A DNA stretch of 64,000 nucleotides from assembly GCA_964016885.1 (NCBI GenBank), contig OZ024763.1, positions 22,754,001 through 22,818,000 on the forward strand. Direction: 5' to 3'. Positions 12,570-26,613 of this stretch are shown here, one piece after another (position 1 is the first letter of the stretch; every line of letters starts with the position of its first letter). Source of the stretch: Eledone cirrhosa (lineage: Eukaryota). Position numbers and translations under genes: made by a program. The notes beneath the pieces were generated by a model. The model ran no database searches, was not told where the DNA came from, and was given only the letters and a program-made list of their open reading frames with translations.

Positions 12570-14410
12570 TACTAGAGGTGTTGGTGGTGGTGGTGGTAGT
12601 AAAGTTAATAATAATACTAGAGGTAGTCGTGGTAGTGGTGGTGGTCTTGGTAGAGTTGCAGTAGAACAGTGGTGTTAGGGGTGTGGTGTGGTGGTTGTGG
12701 TTGTGGTGGTGGTGGTGGGATGGGCTGTTATAGTGATGGTGTTGGTGGTGGTCTTAGTAGAGTTGCAGTAGAACAGTGGTGTTGGGGTGTGGTGTGATGG
12801 TGGTGGTTGTGGTGGTGGTGGTGGCGTGGTGGTGGTGGGTGGTGGTGGGTGGTGGTGGTGGTGGTGATGGGTGGTGGTGGTGGTGGGATGGGCTGTTATA
12901 GTGATGGTGTTGGTGGTGGTCTTGGTAGAGTTGCAGTAGAACAGTGGTGTTAGGGGTGTGGTGTGGTGGTGGTGGTTGTGGTGGGTGGTGGTGGTGGTGG
13001 TGATGGGTGGTGGTGGTGGTGGGATGGGCTGTTATAGTGATGGTGTTGGTGGTGGTCTTAGTAGAGTTGCAGTAGAACAGTGGTGTTGGGGTGTGGTGTG
13101 ATGGTGGTGGTTGTGGTGGTGGTGGTGGCGTGGTGGTGGTGGGTGGTGGTGGGTGGTGGTGGTGGTGGTGGTGGTGGTGGTGGGATGGGCTGTTATAGTG
13201 ATGGTGTTGGTGGTGGTCTTAGTAGAGTTGCAGTAGAACAGTGGTGTTGGGGTGTGGTGGTGTGATGGTGGTGGTGGTGGTGGTGGTTGTGGTGGTGGTG
13301 GTGGTGTGGTGGTGGTGGGTGGTGGTGGTGGTGGTGATGGGTGGTGGTGGTGGTGGGATGGGCTGTTATAGTGATGGTGTTGGTGGTGGTCTTAGTAGAG
13401 TTGCAGTAGAACAGTGGTGTTGGGGTGTGGTGTGATGGTGGTGGTTGTGGTGGTGGTGGTGGTGTGGTGGTGGTGGGTGGTGGTGGGTGGTGGTGGTGGT
13501 GGTGGTGATGGGTGGTGGTGGTGGTGGGATGGGCTGTTATAGTGATGGTGTTGGTGGTGGTCTTAGTAGAGTTGCAGTAGAACAGTGGTGTTGGGGTGTG
13601 GTGGTGTGATGGTGGTGGTGGTGATGGTGGTTGTGGTGGTGGTGGTGGTGTGGTGGTGGTGGGTGGTGGTGGTGGTGGTGGTGATGGGTGGTGGTGGTGG
13701 TGGGATGGGCTGTTATAGTGATGGTGTTGGTGGTGGTCTTAGTAGAGTTGCAGTAGAACAGTGGTGTTGGGGTGTGGTGGTGGTGTGGTGGTGGTGGTGA
13801 TGGTGGTTGTGGTGTGGTGGTGGTGGTGTGGTGGTGGTGGTGATAGTGGTTGTGGTGGTGTGGTGGTGGTGGTGTGGTGGTGGTGGTGATAGTGGTTGTG
13901 GTGGTGGTGGTCTTGGTAGAGTTGCAGTAGAACAGTGGTGTTGGGGGTGTGGTGGTGGTGGTGGTGTGATGGTGGTGTGGTGGTGTGATGGTGGTGGTGT
14001 GGTGGTGGTGGTGATGGTTGTTTTGGTGGTGTGATGGTGGTGGTGTGGTGGTGGTGGTGATAGTGGTTGTGGTGGTGGTGGTCTTGGTAGAGTTACAGTA
14101 GAACAGTGGTGTTGGGGTGTGGTGGTGGTGGTGGTGTGGAGGTGGTGTGATGGTGGTGGTGTGTTACTCGTGGTGGTGATGGTGGTGATGGTGGTGATGC
14201 TGGTGGTGGTGCTGGTGGTGGGATGGGCTGTTATAGTGATGGTGGTGGTGGTGGTGTGGTGATGTGGTGGTGGTAGTGGTGATGGTGGTGCGGTGATGGT
14301 GGTGTCGTGGTGGCTGTGGTGGTGGTTGTGGTGGTGGCGGTGGTGTCGTGGTGGTTGTGGTGGTGTTGTGGTGGCTGTGGTGGCTGTAGTGGTGTGGCTG
14401 TCGTGGAGGT
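12570..14410. repeat. (GGT)n-rich compound array with a recurrent ~70-bp core
   Basis: Core gggatgggctgttatagtgatggtgttggtggtggtcttagtagagttgcagtagaacagtggtg separated by variable (GGT)n. Confidence 0.9.
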
Positions 14411-14619
14411 GTTTCAAAAATATTTAGAGTAACTGCTGCTGTTTACAAAAAAAAAAGAAACGTAGTTGTCATTGTTGACATTTTTACACTGGTACAGTCA
14501 CTGTTGTTGTTGTTGTTGTTGTTATAGATGTTGTATGTGTTGTTGTTGTTACAGTCGCTGTTGTTGTTACAATTACTGTTGTTGTCATTGACAAGCCCTT
14601 CCTTGCAGAGCTGGTAAAA

Positions 14620-15520
14620 ATATAGGCGTGATTGAACCAGATATGGGCCAAGTTTTATTTCAGGTGGTAAAATACATTCAACCAGAACAGATGCTGAAAT
14701 CTAGGTTCAGCAAATCTAGATATAGGCAACATATCAACTGGTAAAATAGATTCAGTCAGACCGGATGATGAAATCTAGGCTCAGTGAAACTAGATATAGG
14801 CAACATATCAACTGGTAAAGTATAGATTTAGTGAGACCAGATGTAGGCCAAGTTTTAATTCAACTGGTAAAATAGATTCAGCCAGACCAGATGTTGAAAT
14901 CTAGGCTCAGTGGAGCTAGATATAGGTAACATATCAAATCAGTGAGACCAGATGTTGAAATTTAGGCTCAGTGAAGCTAGATATAGGTAAAATCTACCTG
15001 GAGTTGCGACCGATAGATAGTATTAGCAATTGGAAAGACCAACGGAAACATTGTTCCCTCGGTCCGATTTGACGAAAGTCGATCGTTCCTATAGGTAAAA
15101 TAACAACTGGTAAAATATAGAATCGGTGAGACCAGATGTAGAAATATAGGCTCAGTGGGGCTAGATGTTGAAATATAAGCCAGATGTCGATAGATAGGCT
15201 ACATTTCAACTGGTAAATCTAGGCTCAGTAAGGCCAGTTATGGGCCACATTTCAACTGGTAAATCTTGGCTCAGTAAGGCCAGTTATGAGCCACATTTCA
15301 ACTGGTAAATCTTGGCTCAGTAAGGCCAGTTATGGGCCACATTTCAACTGGTAAATGTTGGCTCAATGAAGCTAAATATATGGGCTTCATTTCAACTGGT
15401 AAATCTGGGTTCAATAAAGCTAGATATAAGCTACATTTCAACTGGTAAATCTGTGCTCAGTAAGGCCAGATGTTGAAATATTGGTTCATTGAGACCAGAT
15501 GTTGAAATATAGGCCAGATT
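14620..15520. repeat. Diverged tandem repeat (caactggtaaa / ggctcagt units; about 46-bp units at 15200-15470)
   Basis: Recurring catttcaactggtaaatcttggctcagtaaggccagttatgggcca. Confidence 0.8.
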
Positions 15521-15839
15521 TCAAGTTTCAAGAAAGAGGAAATGAGAAAAAGAGACAGAGAATAAAAAATCAACCCCAGTTAATTTATCTATCAACCGTC
15601 GAAAGGATGAAAGGAAACGTTGACGTCACAGGGTTTGAACTCAGAGTATGGAGAGCTGGAATGAACATTGATGCTTTCTTAATCTGTTCTTCTAATGATC
15701 CTGTCAATTCCCTGTCTTCCTTGGAGAGAGACCCATACCAAATGTGTATCATCCTATGGCCTCAGCAGAAATAGACTCAATGACGGTCCTTCATTGCATT
15801 TCGCAGATCTTGAATACCCAACATTAGAGTCTGTGGTTA

Positions 15840-18609
15840 GGAGAGCTTGTGACATCTGGATAAGAGAGCTTGTGACATCTGGATAGGAGAGCTTGTGACA
15901 TCTGGATAGGAGAGCTTGTGACATCTGGATAGGAGAGCTTGTGACATCTGGATAGGAGAGCTTATGACATCTAGATAGGATAGCTTGTGACATCTGGATA
16001 GGAGAGCTTGTGACATCTGGATAGGAGAGCTTGTGACATCTGGATAGGAGAGCTTGTGACATCTAGATAGGAGAGCTTTTGACATCTAGATAGGAGAGCT
16101 TTTGACATATAGATAGGATAGCTTGTGACATCTGGATAGGAGAGCTTTTGACATCTAGATAGGATAGCTTGTGACATCTGGATAGGAGAGCTTTTGACAT
16201 CTAGATAGGAGAGCTTTTGACATCTAGATAGGATAGCTTGTGACATCTGGATAGGAGAGCTTTTGACATCTAGATAGGAGAGCTTGTCTCATCTGGATAG
16301 GAGAGCTTGTCTCATCTGGATAGGAGAGCTTGTGACATCTGGATAGGAGAGCTTGTGACATCTAGATAGGATAGCTTGTGACATCTGGATAGGAGAGCTT
16401 GTGACATCTGGATAGGAGAGCTTATGACATCTAGATAGGAGAGCTTGTGACATCTGGATAGGAGAGCTTGTGACATCTAGATAGGAGAGCTTGTGACATC
16501 TGGATAGGAGAGCTTGTGACATCTGGATGGGAGAGCTTGTGACATCTGGATAGGAGAGCTTTTGACATCTAGATAGGAGAGCTTTTGACATCTAGATAGG
16601 ATAGCTTGTGACATCTGGATAGGAGAGCTTTTGACATCTAGATAGGAGAGCTTGTCTCATCTGGATAGGAGAGCTTGTGACATCTGGATAGGAGAGCTTG
16701 TGACATCTAGATAGGATAGCTTGTGACATCTGGATAGGAGAGCTTGTGACATCTGGATAGGAGAGCTTATGACATCTAGATAGGAGAGCTTGTGACATCT
16801 GGATAGGAGAGCTTGTGACATCTAGATAGGAGAGCTTGTGACATCTGGATAGGAGAGCTTGTGACATCTGGGTGGGAGAGCTTGTGACATCTGGATAGGA
16901 GAGCTTGTGACATCTGGATAGGAGAGCTTGTGACATCTGGATAAGAGAGCTTGTGACATCTGGATAGGATAGCTTGTGACATCTAGATAGGAGAGCTTGT
17001 GACATCTGGATAGGAGAGCTTGTGACATCTAGATAAGAGAGCTTGTGACATCTGGATAGGAGAGCTTGTGACATCTGGATAGGAGAGCTTGTGACATCTG
17101 GATAGGAGAGCTTATGACATCTGGATAGGAGAGCTTGTGACATCTAGATAGGAGAGCTTGTGACATCTGGATAGGAGAGCTTGTGACATCTGGATAGGAG
17201 AGCTTGTGACATCTGGATAGGAGAGCGTGTGACATCTGGATAGGAGAGCTTGTGACATCTGGATGGGAGAGCTTGTGTCATCTGGATAGGAGAGCTTGTG
17301 ACATCTAGATAAGAGAGCTTATGACATCTGGATAGGAGAGCTTGTGTCATCTGGATAGGTGAGCTTGTGTCATCTGGATAGGTGAGCTTGTGTCATCTGG
17401 ATAGGAGAGCTTATGACATTGGGATAGGAAAGCTTATGAAATCTGGATAGGTGAGCTTGTGACATCTGGATAGGAGAGCTTGTGACATCTGGATGGGAGA
17501 GCTTGTGACATCTGGATAGGAGAGCTTTTGACATCTAGATAGGAGAGCTTTTGACATCTAGATAGGATAGCTTGTGACATCTGGATAGGAGAGCTTTTGA
17601 CATCTAGATAGGAGAGCTTTTCTCATCTGGATAGGAGAGCTTGTGACATCTGGATAGGAGAGCTTGTGACATCTAGATAGGATAGCTTGTGACATCTGGA
17701 TAGGAGAACTTGTGACATCTGGATAGGAGAGCTTGTGACATCTGGATAGGAGAGCTTGTGACATCTAGATAGGAGAGCTTGTGACATCTGGATAGGAGAG
17801 CTTGTGACATCTGGGTGGGAGAGCTTGTGACATCTGGATAGGAGAGCTTGTGACATCTGGATAGGAGAGCTTGTGACATCTGGATAAGAGAGCTTGTGAC
17901 ATCTGGATAGGATAGCTTGTGACATCTGGATAGGAGAGCTTGTGACATCTGGATAGGAGAGCTTGTGACATCTAGATAGGAGAGCTTGTGACATCTAGAT
18001 AGGAGAGCTTGTGACATCTGGATAGGAGAGCTTGTGACATCTGGATGGGAGAGCTTGTGACATCTGGATAGGAGAGCTTGTGACATCTGGATAGGAGAGC
18101 TTGTGTCATCTGGATAGGAGAGCTTATGACATCTGGATAGGAGAGCTTGTGGCATCTAGATAGGAGAGCTTGTGACATCTGGATAGGAGAGCTTGTGACA
18201 TCTGGATAGGAGAGCTTATGACATCTAGATAGGAGAGCTTGTGACATCTGGATAGGAGAGCGTGTGACATCTGGATAGGAGAGCTTGTGACATCTGGATG
18301 GGAGAGCTTGTGACATCTGGATAGGAGAGCTTGTGTCATCTGGATAGGAGAGCTTGTGACATCTAGATAAGAGAGCTTATGACATCTGGATAGGAGAGCT
18401 TGTGTCATCTGGATAGGTGAGCTTGTGTCATCTGGATAGGAGAGCTTATGACATTGGGATAGGAAAGCTTATGAAATCTGGATAGGTGAGCTTGTGACAT
18501 CTGGATAGGAGAGCTTGTGACATCTGGATGGGAGAGCTTATGTCATCTTGATAGGAGATCTTATGACATCTGGATAGGAGAGCTTGTGACATCTAGATAG
18601 GAGAGCTTT
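15840..18609. repeat. 23-bp minisatellite, about 120 copies
   Basis: Unit GAGAGCTTGTGACATCTGGATAG. Confidence 0.97.
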
Positions 18610-18786
18610 GGCTTTTAACAGATGTTGGTTTAAACTAGTTTCCTAATTAATTTTATTAGCATTTTCTAATTTTCTTATTGAATAGCCACCTAATTCTTGC
18701 TGTCATTCACATAAATTATATTACAACCACTATTCATACACACACACACACACACACCCTGTATAGTGTATATATATGTGTGTGTG

Positions 18787-18862
<76 letters not shown>

Positions 18863-18895
18863 GTGTATTGTTTATATATATGTGTGTAAATGTTT

Positions 18896-18936
<41 letters not shown>

Positions 18937-19129
18937 TGTGTGTGTGTGAGGGAGAGGGACGTATATATACACACACAAATGCTTTATACATACATATAGG
19001 CTTGTAATGTACACACATTAGGCAAGTCAGTCAACACACAAACATACATACACACATATATACACACACTCACATGAATTGTAACATTCACACCTACAGC
19101 CAGTTTGTCAGTGAAATCTCACAAGTAAA

Positions 19130-19511
19130 GAAACACCACCACTACTACTATCACCAACACCACCACCACCATCACCACCACCTCAACACCACCACCACTA
19201 CTACTACTACTAACACTACTGCTACCGTGAATACTCCACCACCACCACCACTGCTACTATTGCTACCTTTAATACACACCCACACCATCACTGCTGCCTT
19301 TACTACCCTCCACCACCACCACCATTACTACAACTATTACCTTTAATATCACCTCACCTCCACTGTTACTACCACCTTTACCACCTTTACCACCTTTACC
19401 ACCTTTACCACCATCACCACCACTACCTTCCGCCACCTTTATCACCACCACCACTACCTTCCGCCACCTTTACCACCATCACCACCACCACTACCTTCCT
19501 CCACCTTTACC

Positions 19512-19547
<36 letters not shown>

Positions 19548-19821
19548 GACACTACTACCACTACCACTACTACTACCACACATACATGGCATCTTATTGA
19601 GAGAGAGGTGTATCATTAGATACGTCGTTGGTGAGGAGAGAGAGAGAGAGAGAGAGAGAAGGTGAGAGACAGACAGAGAAATAGGGAGAAAAAGAAAAAA
19701 AAGAGAGAAAACATGAGAGAGGGAAAGAGAGAGAGAGAGAGAGAGAGTAAAGGAAAGGGGGAGAAAAAGAGACAGACAAAGAAATAGTGAGAAAAAGAGA
19801 GAGGGAGAGAGAGAGAGAGAG

Positions 19822-19904
<83 letters not shown>

Positions 19905-19905
19905 G
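19130..19905. repeat. (CAC/TAC)n, (GA)n and (GAAA)n microsatellites upstream of the gene
   Basis: Direct inspection. Confidence 0.9.
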
Positions 19906-20310
19906 CAGCTGTCCTTTTTTTAAGTTCTAAGCTGTCCTCTCACACATAACCAACTCAGAAACACAACAACAACAACAGAGAACAAGGTAGACAAGACAGA
20001 CAGGCGGGCAGGCGGCAGACTGGTTTTCTTTTAAGCTAAAGCTACAGTTTTAGATACAGTTTTGCCTTGAGGGACGAAGGAGTGAGTGTAAGATATCCAC
20101 ACACTCACACGTTCACCGAATTCATTACAAAAAAAAAAAGAGACAGAGACAGCGAGTGAGAGAGGGAGAGAGTGAGAGAGAAAACAGGACTTTGAAAAAG
20201 GAAGAAAAAAAGGATTTAAAAAAAAAGGTTGTTGAATAAGGAGAACGAAAGAAAATAGGGGATTAAAAAAACCCGAAGAAGAAGAAGAAAAAACAAACCC
20301 TTCATCAATC

Positions 20311-21963
20311 ATGCTTGTTGAAGGGGATGACAAAACATTGTTTCGATGTCGGGTGTTGTATATAGGGAGTGCTGTGCCATTGGAGGCCTCGAAGGGTCTG
20401 GAAGCCATACAGCAGCCGTTAAGGGAACGTTACCCTTACAAAGACGAGAAGATGATAAGTGGCGTTGATGCATTTCTCTCCGTGATGCCTACCGGAATCC
20501 AGATGCAATATTCTGCGAGCAGCAGTTCTGTCATGTGGTTCCCTGTCTCGTCGTTGACATTCTGTGCGGCCGTAAGATGTATCAACCTTTTGACCAAAAC
20601 CAACGAAAGGGTGCCCCGGTTTGTGTCCCTAGACTCGCCCGCTGCTGGTGGAATGTACAGACAAAAACCTGCCATTTTTGCTGCCATAACTCGAAGAACA
20701 AAAGGTAGGAAAGTTCTTGAATGTCACTCGTTTATTTGTGGTTCTTCGGCCGATGCCATCAATTTGGTACAGTCGACGAAAATGGCCGACAGGGCATTTC
20801 GTAATGGAATTGTCCCACACAATATTCCTCTCTCGCGTATGGGCTCAGTATCGGTTCGACCTCAAAATGAAAGCGAACTTCATATGATACAAGATCAGAA
20901 AACAGCCCCAAGCGAAATTTCTCCGGAATTTTACGATTCGCCGCCAACTCAAGGATACTTTTATGGAACAGGGTCGACATTGGTCAGAAAATATACAGTA
21001 GAGAAAATCAACAGAGATACGCTTTCCATGGGACCGAAAACCCTTGATAGACCCGGTTATAGGTTCAATTCTCCAGTCCTTGTACCAACCCGTTCCTATT
21101 ACGTTACAGGACCTAGAAAAATGGCACCAGTCCCTGTGCACTTTCCACAATCCAGGAGGTTTCTCTCGCCGCCTCCACCTCATGCTGTTATTCGAAAAGA
21201 CCCTTACGTTTATAGCAGACTACCCTATCCCGTGGCGCAGTCGGAGAGGACTGGAAACCGGTCCCCGTCACTGGGAAGATCCCAGAGATCGTCAGAGAGC
21301 AGCAATACAATACGACCGGATGAAAACTCATCCCAGAAGTCCCACGGTAAAGAAACGGCCGCCATTAAAAACGGACGCGGCGGTGACGACGACGACGATT
21401 CCTTGAGCGGATCTTCAAGACCTCCCAGTCCTATTCCGGACTACGAACCATATGGATCTTCAGTGAGTGTGACAAAAACCCACCTCAGTCGGAAGGACCG
21501 ACACGAAAAAGGAACGTTCGTAAGCGCAGCCGGTGGGGTTACTCCTTCATCATCTGTCATGTATCCTTACTACCCTTATATGTACCCGGCTGAATATATG
21601 CCCGACGATTCGGTCATGAGAGCGCATCTCCTACCGCCATCAGCCATCGAAAGCGATTATACCAGTAGCAAAAACAAAAGCAATACTCGAAAGAAGAAAG
21701 ACAAATCTAAAAAAAAGTCCAAGAAATCAACCAAAAACGATTCCACAGATGATCTGGAAGAGAACGATGACTTTGGATACAGTACGGACATGTTGAATGG
21801 GTCTGATAAACAAGGACGTATGATGTTGGATCGCCCTCGCGCGTTCCAGAACGAGAAGGCTTTCGGTTTAAGTATCGCCGCAGAACGGAAAAAATATCAA
21901 AATATCGATGAACAAGAGAATATATCTTATAAACATTATTCTGAACTGGACCTCGTCAACTGA
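20311..21963 (+). CDS. Uncharacterised PTB/PID-domain adaptor-like protein, 550 aa, uninterrupted ORF
   Basis: The only long, complex, non-TE ORF. N-terminal [10 protein letters not shown]...SSLTFCAA...FAAITR...LECHSFIC follows the PTB (PH-like) pattern. The C-terminal half is Ser/Pro/Tyr-rich and disordered, with a Lys-rich basic stretch. Confidence 0.85.
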   Translation: MLVEGDDKTLFRCRVLYIGSAVPLEASKGLEAIQQPLRERYPYKDEKMISGVDAFLSVMPTGIQMQYSASSSSVMWFPVSSLTFCAAVRCINLLTKTNERVPRFVSLDSPAAGGMYRQKPAIFAAITRRTKGRKVLECHSFICGSSADAINLVQSTKMADRAFRNGIVPHNIPLSRMGSVSVRPQNESELHMIQDQKTAPSEISPEFYDSPPTQGYFYGTGSTLVRKYTVEKINRDTLSMGPKTLDRPGYRFNSPVLVPTRSYYVTGPRKMAPVPVHFPQSRRFLSPPPPHAVIRKDPYVYSRLPYPVAQSERTGNRSPSLGRSQRSSESSNTIRPDENSSQKSHGKETAAIKNGRGGDDDDDSLSGSSRPPSPIPDYEPYGSSVSVTKTHLSRKDRHEKGTFVSAAGGVTPSSSVMYPYYPYMYPAEYMPDDSVMRAHLLPPSAIESDYTSSKNKSNTRKKKDKSKKKSKKSTKNDSTDDLEENDDFGYSTDMLNGSDKQGRMMLDRPRAFQNEKAFGLSIAAERKKYQNIDEQENISYKHYSELDLVN

Positions 21964-21980
21964 TGAGATATATATGTATG

Positions 21981-22084
<104 letters not shown>

Positions 22085-22139
22085 ATAGAATACTAGAATA
22101 CTATTAGCTTCTCGCTAAAACAATCTCTATACCTCTCAT

Positions 22140-23117
22140 TTATATATATATACACACCCAAGTGAACATACATACACACACAAATATATATATATAGATG
22201 TAAGTACACACACACACATATACACACATGTAAATATATACGCATGTGAACATACATACACACACAAATATATATATATATATACATGTAAGTACTCACA
22301 CACGAAAACACACATACACACACATATATACATATATATATATATAAATATACACCCATGTGAACATACATACACACACAAATATATATATATATATACA
22401 TGTAAGTACTCACACACGAAAACACACATACACACACATATATACATATATATATATATAAATATACACCCATGTGAACATACATACACACACAAATATA
22501 TACGCATGTGAACATACATACACACACAAATATATATATATAGATGTAAGTACACACACACACATATACACACATGTAAATATATACGCATGTGAACATA
22601 CATACACACACAAATATATATATATATATACATGTAAGTACTCACACACGAAAACACACATACACACACATATATACATATATATATATAAATATACACC
22701 CATGTGAACATACATACACACACAAATATATATATATAGATGTAAGTACACACACACACATATACACACATGTAAATATATACGCATGTGAACATACATA
22801 CACACACAAATATATATATATATACATGTAAGTACTCACACACGAAAACACACATACACACACATATATACATATATATATATATAAATATACACCCATG
22901 TGAACATACATACACACACAAATATATATATATAGATGTAAGTACACACACACACATATACACACATGTAAATATATACGCATGTGAACATACATACACA
23001 CACAAATATATATATATATACATGTAAGTACTCACACACGAAAACACACATATATACATATATATATATATATAAATATACACCCATGTGAACATACATA
23101 CACACACGCGAAAACAC

Positions 23118-23130
<13 letters not shown>
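22140..23130. repeat. Compound minisatellite (catgtgaacatacatacacacacaaa / tgtaagtac units with (TA)n and (CA)n)
   Basis: Alternating units repeated several times. Confidence 0.9.
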
Positions 23131-23153
<23 letters not shown>

Positions 23154-23334
23154 ACTTTGATAGGTTTCGGCCAGTATTTGCCCAGGCCATTTCTAATTTA
23201 AGACCCACTTATATGAAAAAATACATATACACAAACACATATATATACACATGTAAACATACATCCATACACACATATGTAAACCTATATATATGTATAC
23301 ACACACACACACGAATATATATATATCAACTCCT

Positions 23335-23393
<59 letters not shown>

Positions 23394-23507
23394 TATATAC
23401 ATACATGTATATACTATATACAACAATCTCAGTGGATGATTATATTTGTTTTGTAATTATATCTTTGTTTGTTTTGTGTTTATGTTGGCTTTTTATTGTT
23501 GCTACTG

Positions 23508-23975
23508 CTGATGATGATGATGATGTTGGTATTGATATCAACAAGCTGATGATGATGATGATGATGTTGGTATTGATATCAACAGGCTGATGATGGTGTT
23601 GTTGGTATTGATATCAACAGGCTGATGATGGTGTTGTTGGTATTGATATCAACAGGCTGATGATGATGATGATGATGTTGGTATTGATATCAACAGGCTG
23701 ATGATGATGATGGTATTGATATCAACAGGCTGATGATGTTGTTGGTATTGATATCAACAGGCTGATGATGATGATGATGATGATGATGATGGTATTGATA
23801 TCAACAGGCTGATGATGTTGGTGTTGTTGGTATTGATATCAACAGGCTGATGATGATGATGGTATTGATATCAACAGGCTGATGATGATGATGATGATGG
23901 CGTTGGTGATGATGGTGGTGTTGTTGATATCAACAGGCTGATGATGATGATGTTGTTGGTGATGATGGTGGTGTT
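23508..23975. repeat. Core + (GAT)n minisatellite
   Basis: Core ggtattgatatcaacaggct, about 10 copies, with variable (GAT)n spacers. Confidence 0.9.
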
Positions 23976-24268
23976 TTCTGAAGTTATTAGTAATTCTACT
24001 GTGGATTATAACCATTTAAACTATCCGGATATTTAAACAAATTAACTACGAAAGGAGAAGAAGAACAAAAAAAAAACAGACGTAAAAGAAAAAAGAAGAC
24101 AAATTCAAACAAAACAAACTAAAAATGTTTAAAGAAAAATAATTAAAAAAAAAAACAAAAAAAAAAAAACATTAAGGCTCTGCCCCAGCACGGCCGCAAT
24201 CAAATGACTGAAACCAGTGAAAGTAAATATATATATATATTATACACACACACACATATATATATATA

Positions 24269-24424
24269 CAGTGAAATTCCATTATAACGAAATTCACGGG
24301 GTATTAAAAAAAATTTGTTGTAACGAAAAATTCTTTATAACGAGATCGACCGAAACAAGTCGAGCGTTTGTTTGTTATTAAAATTTGTTATACTGAAAAA
24401 TTCGTTATAACGGAATTTAACCTG
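24269..24424. mobile_element. Tc1/mariner-pogo (Tigger-like) MITE
   Basis: Imperfect TIRs CAGTGAAATTCCATTATAACGAA / TTCGTTATAACGGAATTTAACCTG flanked by TA. Confidence 0.7.
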
Positions 24425-24461
24425 TATGTGTATATATATACATACATACATATATATATAT

Positions 24462-24765
24462 ATAAATTAATAAAAACACTGAATAAAAACAAAAAAAACA
24501 GTTCCTTATGTTAAAAAATTCAACATTTTACGATCGTTTCTAGGATATATATGTGTGTGTTGGTATGTATATCATATAGATCTATGTACAATATTTATAC
24601 AAACTATCAGAGGGAATATACATACCTACACATATATATGCTGTCTTCAGAAATAATAATTATACCAACACACACATATATATCCTAGAAACGATCGTAA
24701 AATGATGAATTTTTTAATATAAGGAACTGTTTCTTTGTTTTTATTCATTGTTTTTATTAATTTAT
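24462..24765. mobile_element. Fold-back patch with a long-stem-II hammerhead on the minus strand (24524..24655)
   Basis: About 105-bp inverted arms. Minus strand tattt-CTGAAGA-cagcatatatatgtgt...acacatatatatccta-GAAA-c-gatc-g-TA-aaatg. Confidence 0.7.
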
Positions 24766-25321
24766 CTTGACTCAGTTTTCCTGTGATTTTCATCGAAAAA
24801 ATTTTTTGAATACATCTTCTCTTTTCATGATATTTGGATTACATTGAGTTCTTCATACGGATTGGACACTTCCGTATATTTTTAGTAGATTTATCTACAT
24901 ATATATATATATATCCATATGTAGTTGACAGTTGAGAGAAAGGAGTACTCAATACTTAAGTAGAGTTTAAATATTCATTAAGGGTAAATAATGAGTCTTG
25001 TTATTCTAGAGTTTTGCCTATTTATTCCTCCCCAATTCTTATTAATATTTCAGATTATTTCCAACCCACCCTCAACTCTTATTCCAACCCTCTCCTCACT
25101 TGTTAAATTTTGCCAATCTCCTCACTCCAGCGACATTAAAAAACATTATTCATGTCAAAAAAGTACATTACTAGAAATTCCAATATGTTATAAATAGGAT
25201 GGTTTGGTGGTCTCAATATGTAAACTAAATGAATAATTCCGGTTTTTAAAAAATCGATGGAGACAACCTAGAAGAATTACCAATTTTCCACCCCGCCCCA
25301 CCTATTATTTGGGCCCTTTTT

Positions 25322-25982
25322 CTTCTCCCACTTATTCCTGAGAAGGTCATGGAAGGGCAGAGTCCTGAAACACTCCTTCCAGCAGGTCCTTTCAGAAGCA
25401 ACCATCTCTAACTGATCCGGTTGGATCCCCAAGTGAGATCAGCTGAGCTCATGGATGTTATCCAACCATCTTGCTCAGGGTCTACCAATGGGTCTCCTGC
25501 CAGTTGATTTTGCCCATAAAATCTGCCCAGTCATTCTTTCCTGAGACATTCTAACCACATGTCCATAGTATCAGAGCTGTGATCTCTCAATTCAGAGAAG
25601 TAGCAGCTCTACCTGGAGTGACTCTCTGATCTCTGATCTACAAATCTGTCCAGTGATTCTTTCCTGAGACATTCTAACCACATGTCCATAGTATCAGAGC
25701 TGTGATCTCTCAATTCAGAGAAGTAGTAGCTCTACCTGGAGTAACTCTCTGATCTCTGATCTACAAATCTGCCCAGTTATTCTTTCCTGAGACATTCTAA
25801 CCACATGTCCATAGTATCAGAGCTGTGATCTCTCAATTCAGAGAAGTAGTAGCTCTACCTGGAGTAACTCTCTGATCTCTGATCTACAAATCTGTCCAGT
25901 GATTCTTTCCTGAGACATTCTAACCACATGTCCATAGTATCAGAGCTGTGATCTCTCAATTCAGAGAAGTAGTAGCTCTACT
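25322..25982 (-). mobile_element. Second Rex3/Expander-like RTE fragment with the same 123-bp unit (about 4 copies)
   Basis: Homologous to 4384 onward; the unit recurs at 25533, 25656, 25779 and 25902. Confidence 0.85.
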
Positions 25983-26357
25983 CCTAGGTCTCCTGTCGGT
26001 TGGTACTCGAGAGTATATATATAATATATATATACATATATATATATATACACACATATACAGAGTTTGTATTTATAATTTCCTAATTTCCTAATGTATG
26101 ACCAGAACTTTAATAAATATTAATCATTTCAAATATCATATACATGTTGAACTGCCCTCTTACTTATGACTCACCCTGTGTATATATATATATAACTAAA
26201 TGAAAAAGATATATGTATATATAGAGAGAGTATAAGAAACACGGTATGTTGTATAGATAGCAAATATATAGAAGAATATGTACACATGTGGAATCATAAG
26301 AGAAACCTTATAGTGCTATTTCATACCTAAATATATTTGATATGTTTTGATTCATTA

Positions 26358-26600
26358 TTTGTTTCATCCTTACGGGGTCGATAAAATAAAGTACCAGTAA
26401 TGCACTGGGTAATTGCTGGCCTTGTGCCTAAAGTAGAAACAATTATTTGTTTCCAGCATAGTTACGTCCCTTTACAGTCTGAGTTCAAATCCCGCCAACG
26501 TTAACTTTGCCTTTCATCCTTACCGGGTCGATAAAATAAAGTACCAGTAATGAACTGGGTATTTGCTGGCCTTGTGCCAAAAGTAGAAACAATTATTTGT
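26358..26600 (+). mobile_element. Nin/Deu-domain-like SINE fragments (partial tandem pair)
   Basis: ctttgcctttcatcctt.cggggtcgataaaataaagtaccag, as at 37071. Confidence 0.7.
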
Positions 26601-26613
26601 ATATATATATATA

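Noticed and set aside
15754-18408. Repetitive MSQALLSRCHKLSYPDVTSSPIQ ORFs
   Set aside because: A 23-bp minisatellite read through three units; scattered stops in all frames.
20436-21406. Short antisense and alternate-frame ORFs
   Set aside because: Shadows of the 550-aa CDS with no independent support.
23160-23200. Hammerhead remnant (minus strand atggcc...ggccgaaac)
   Set aside because: The CUGANGA box is absent, so it is too degenerate to call.
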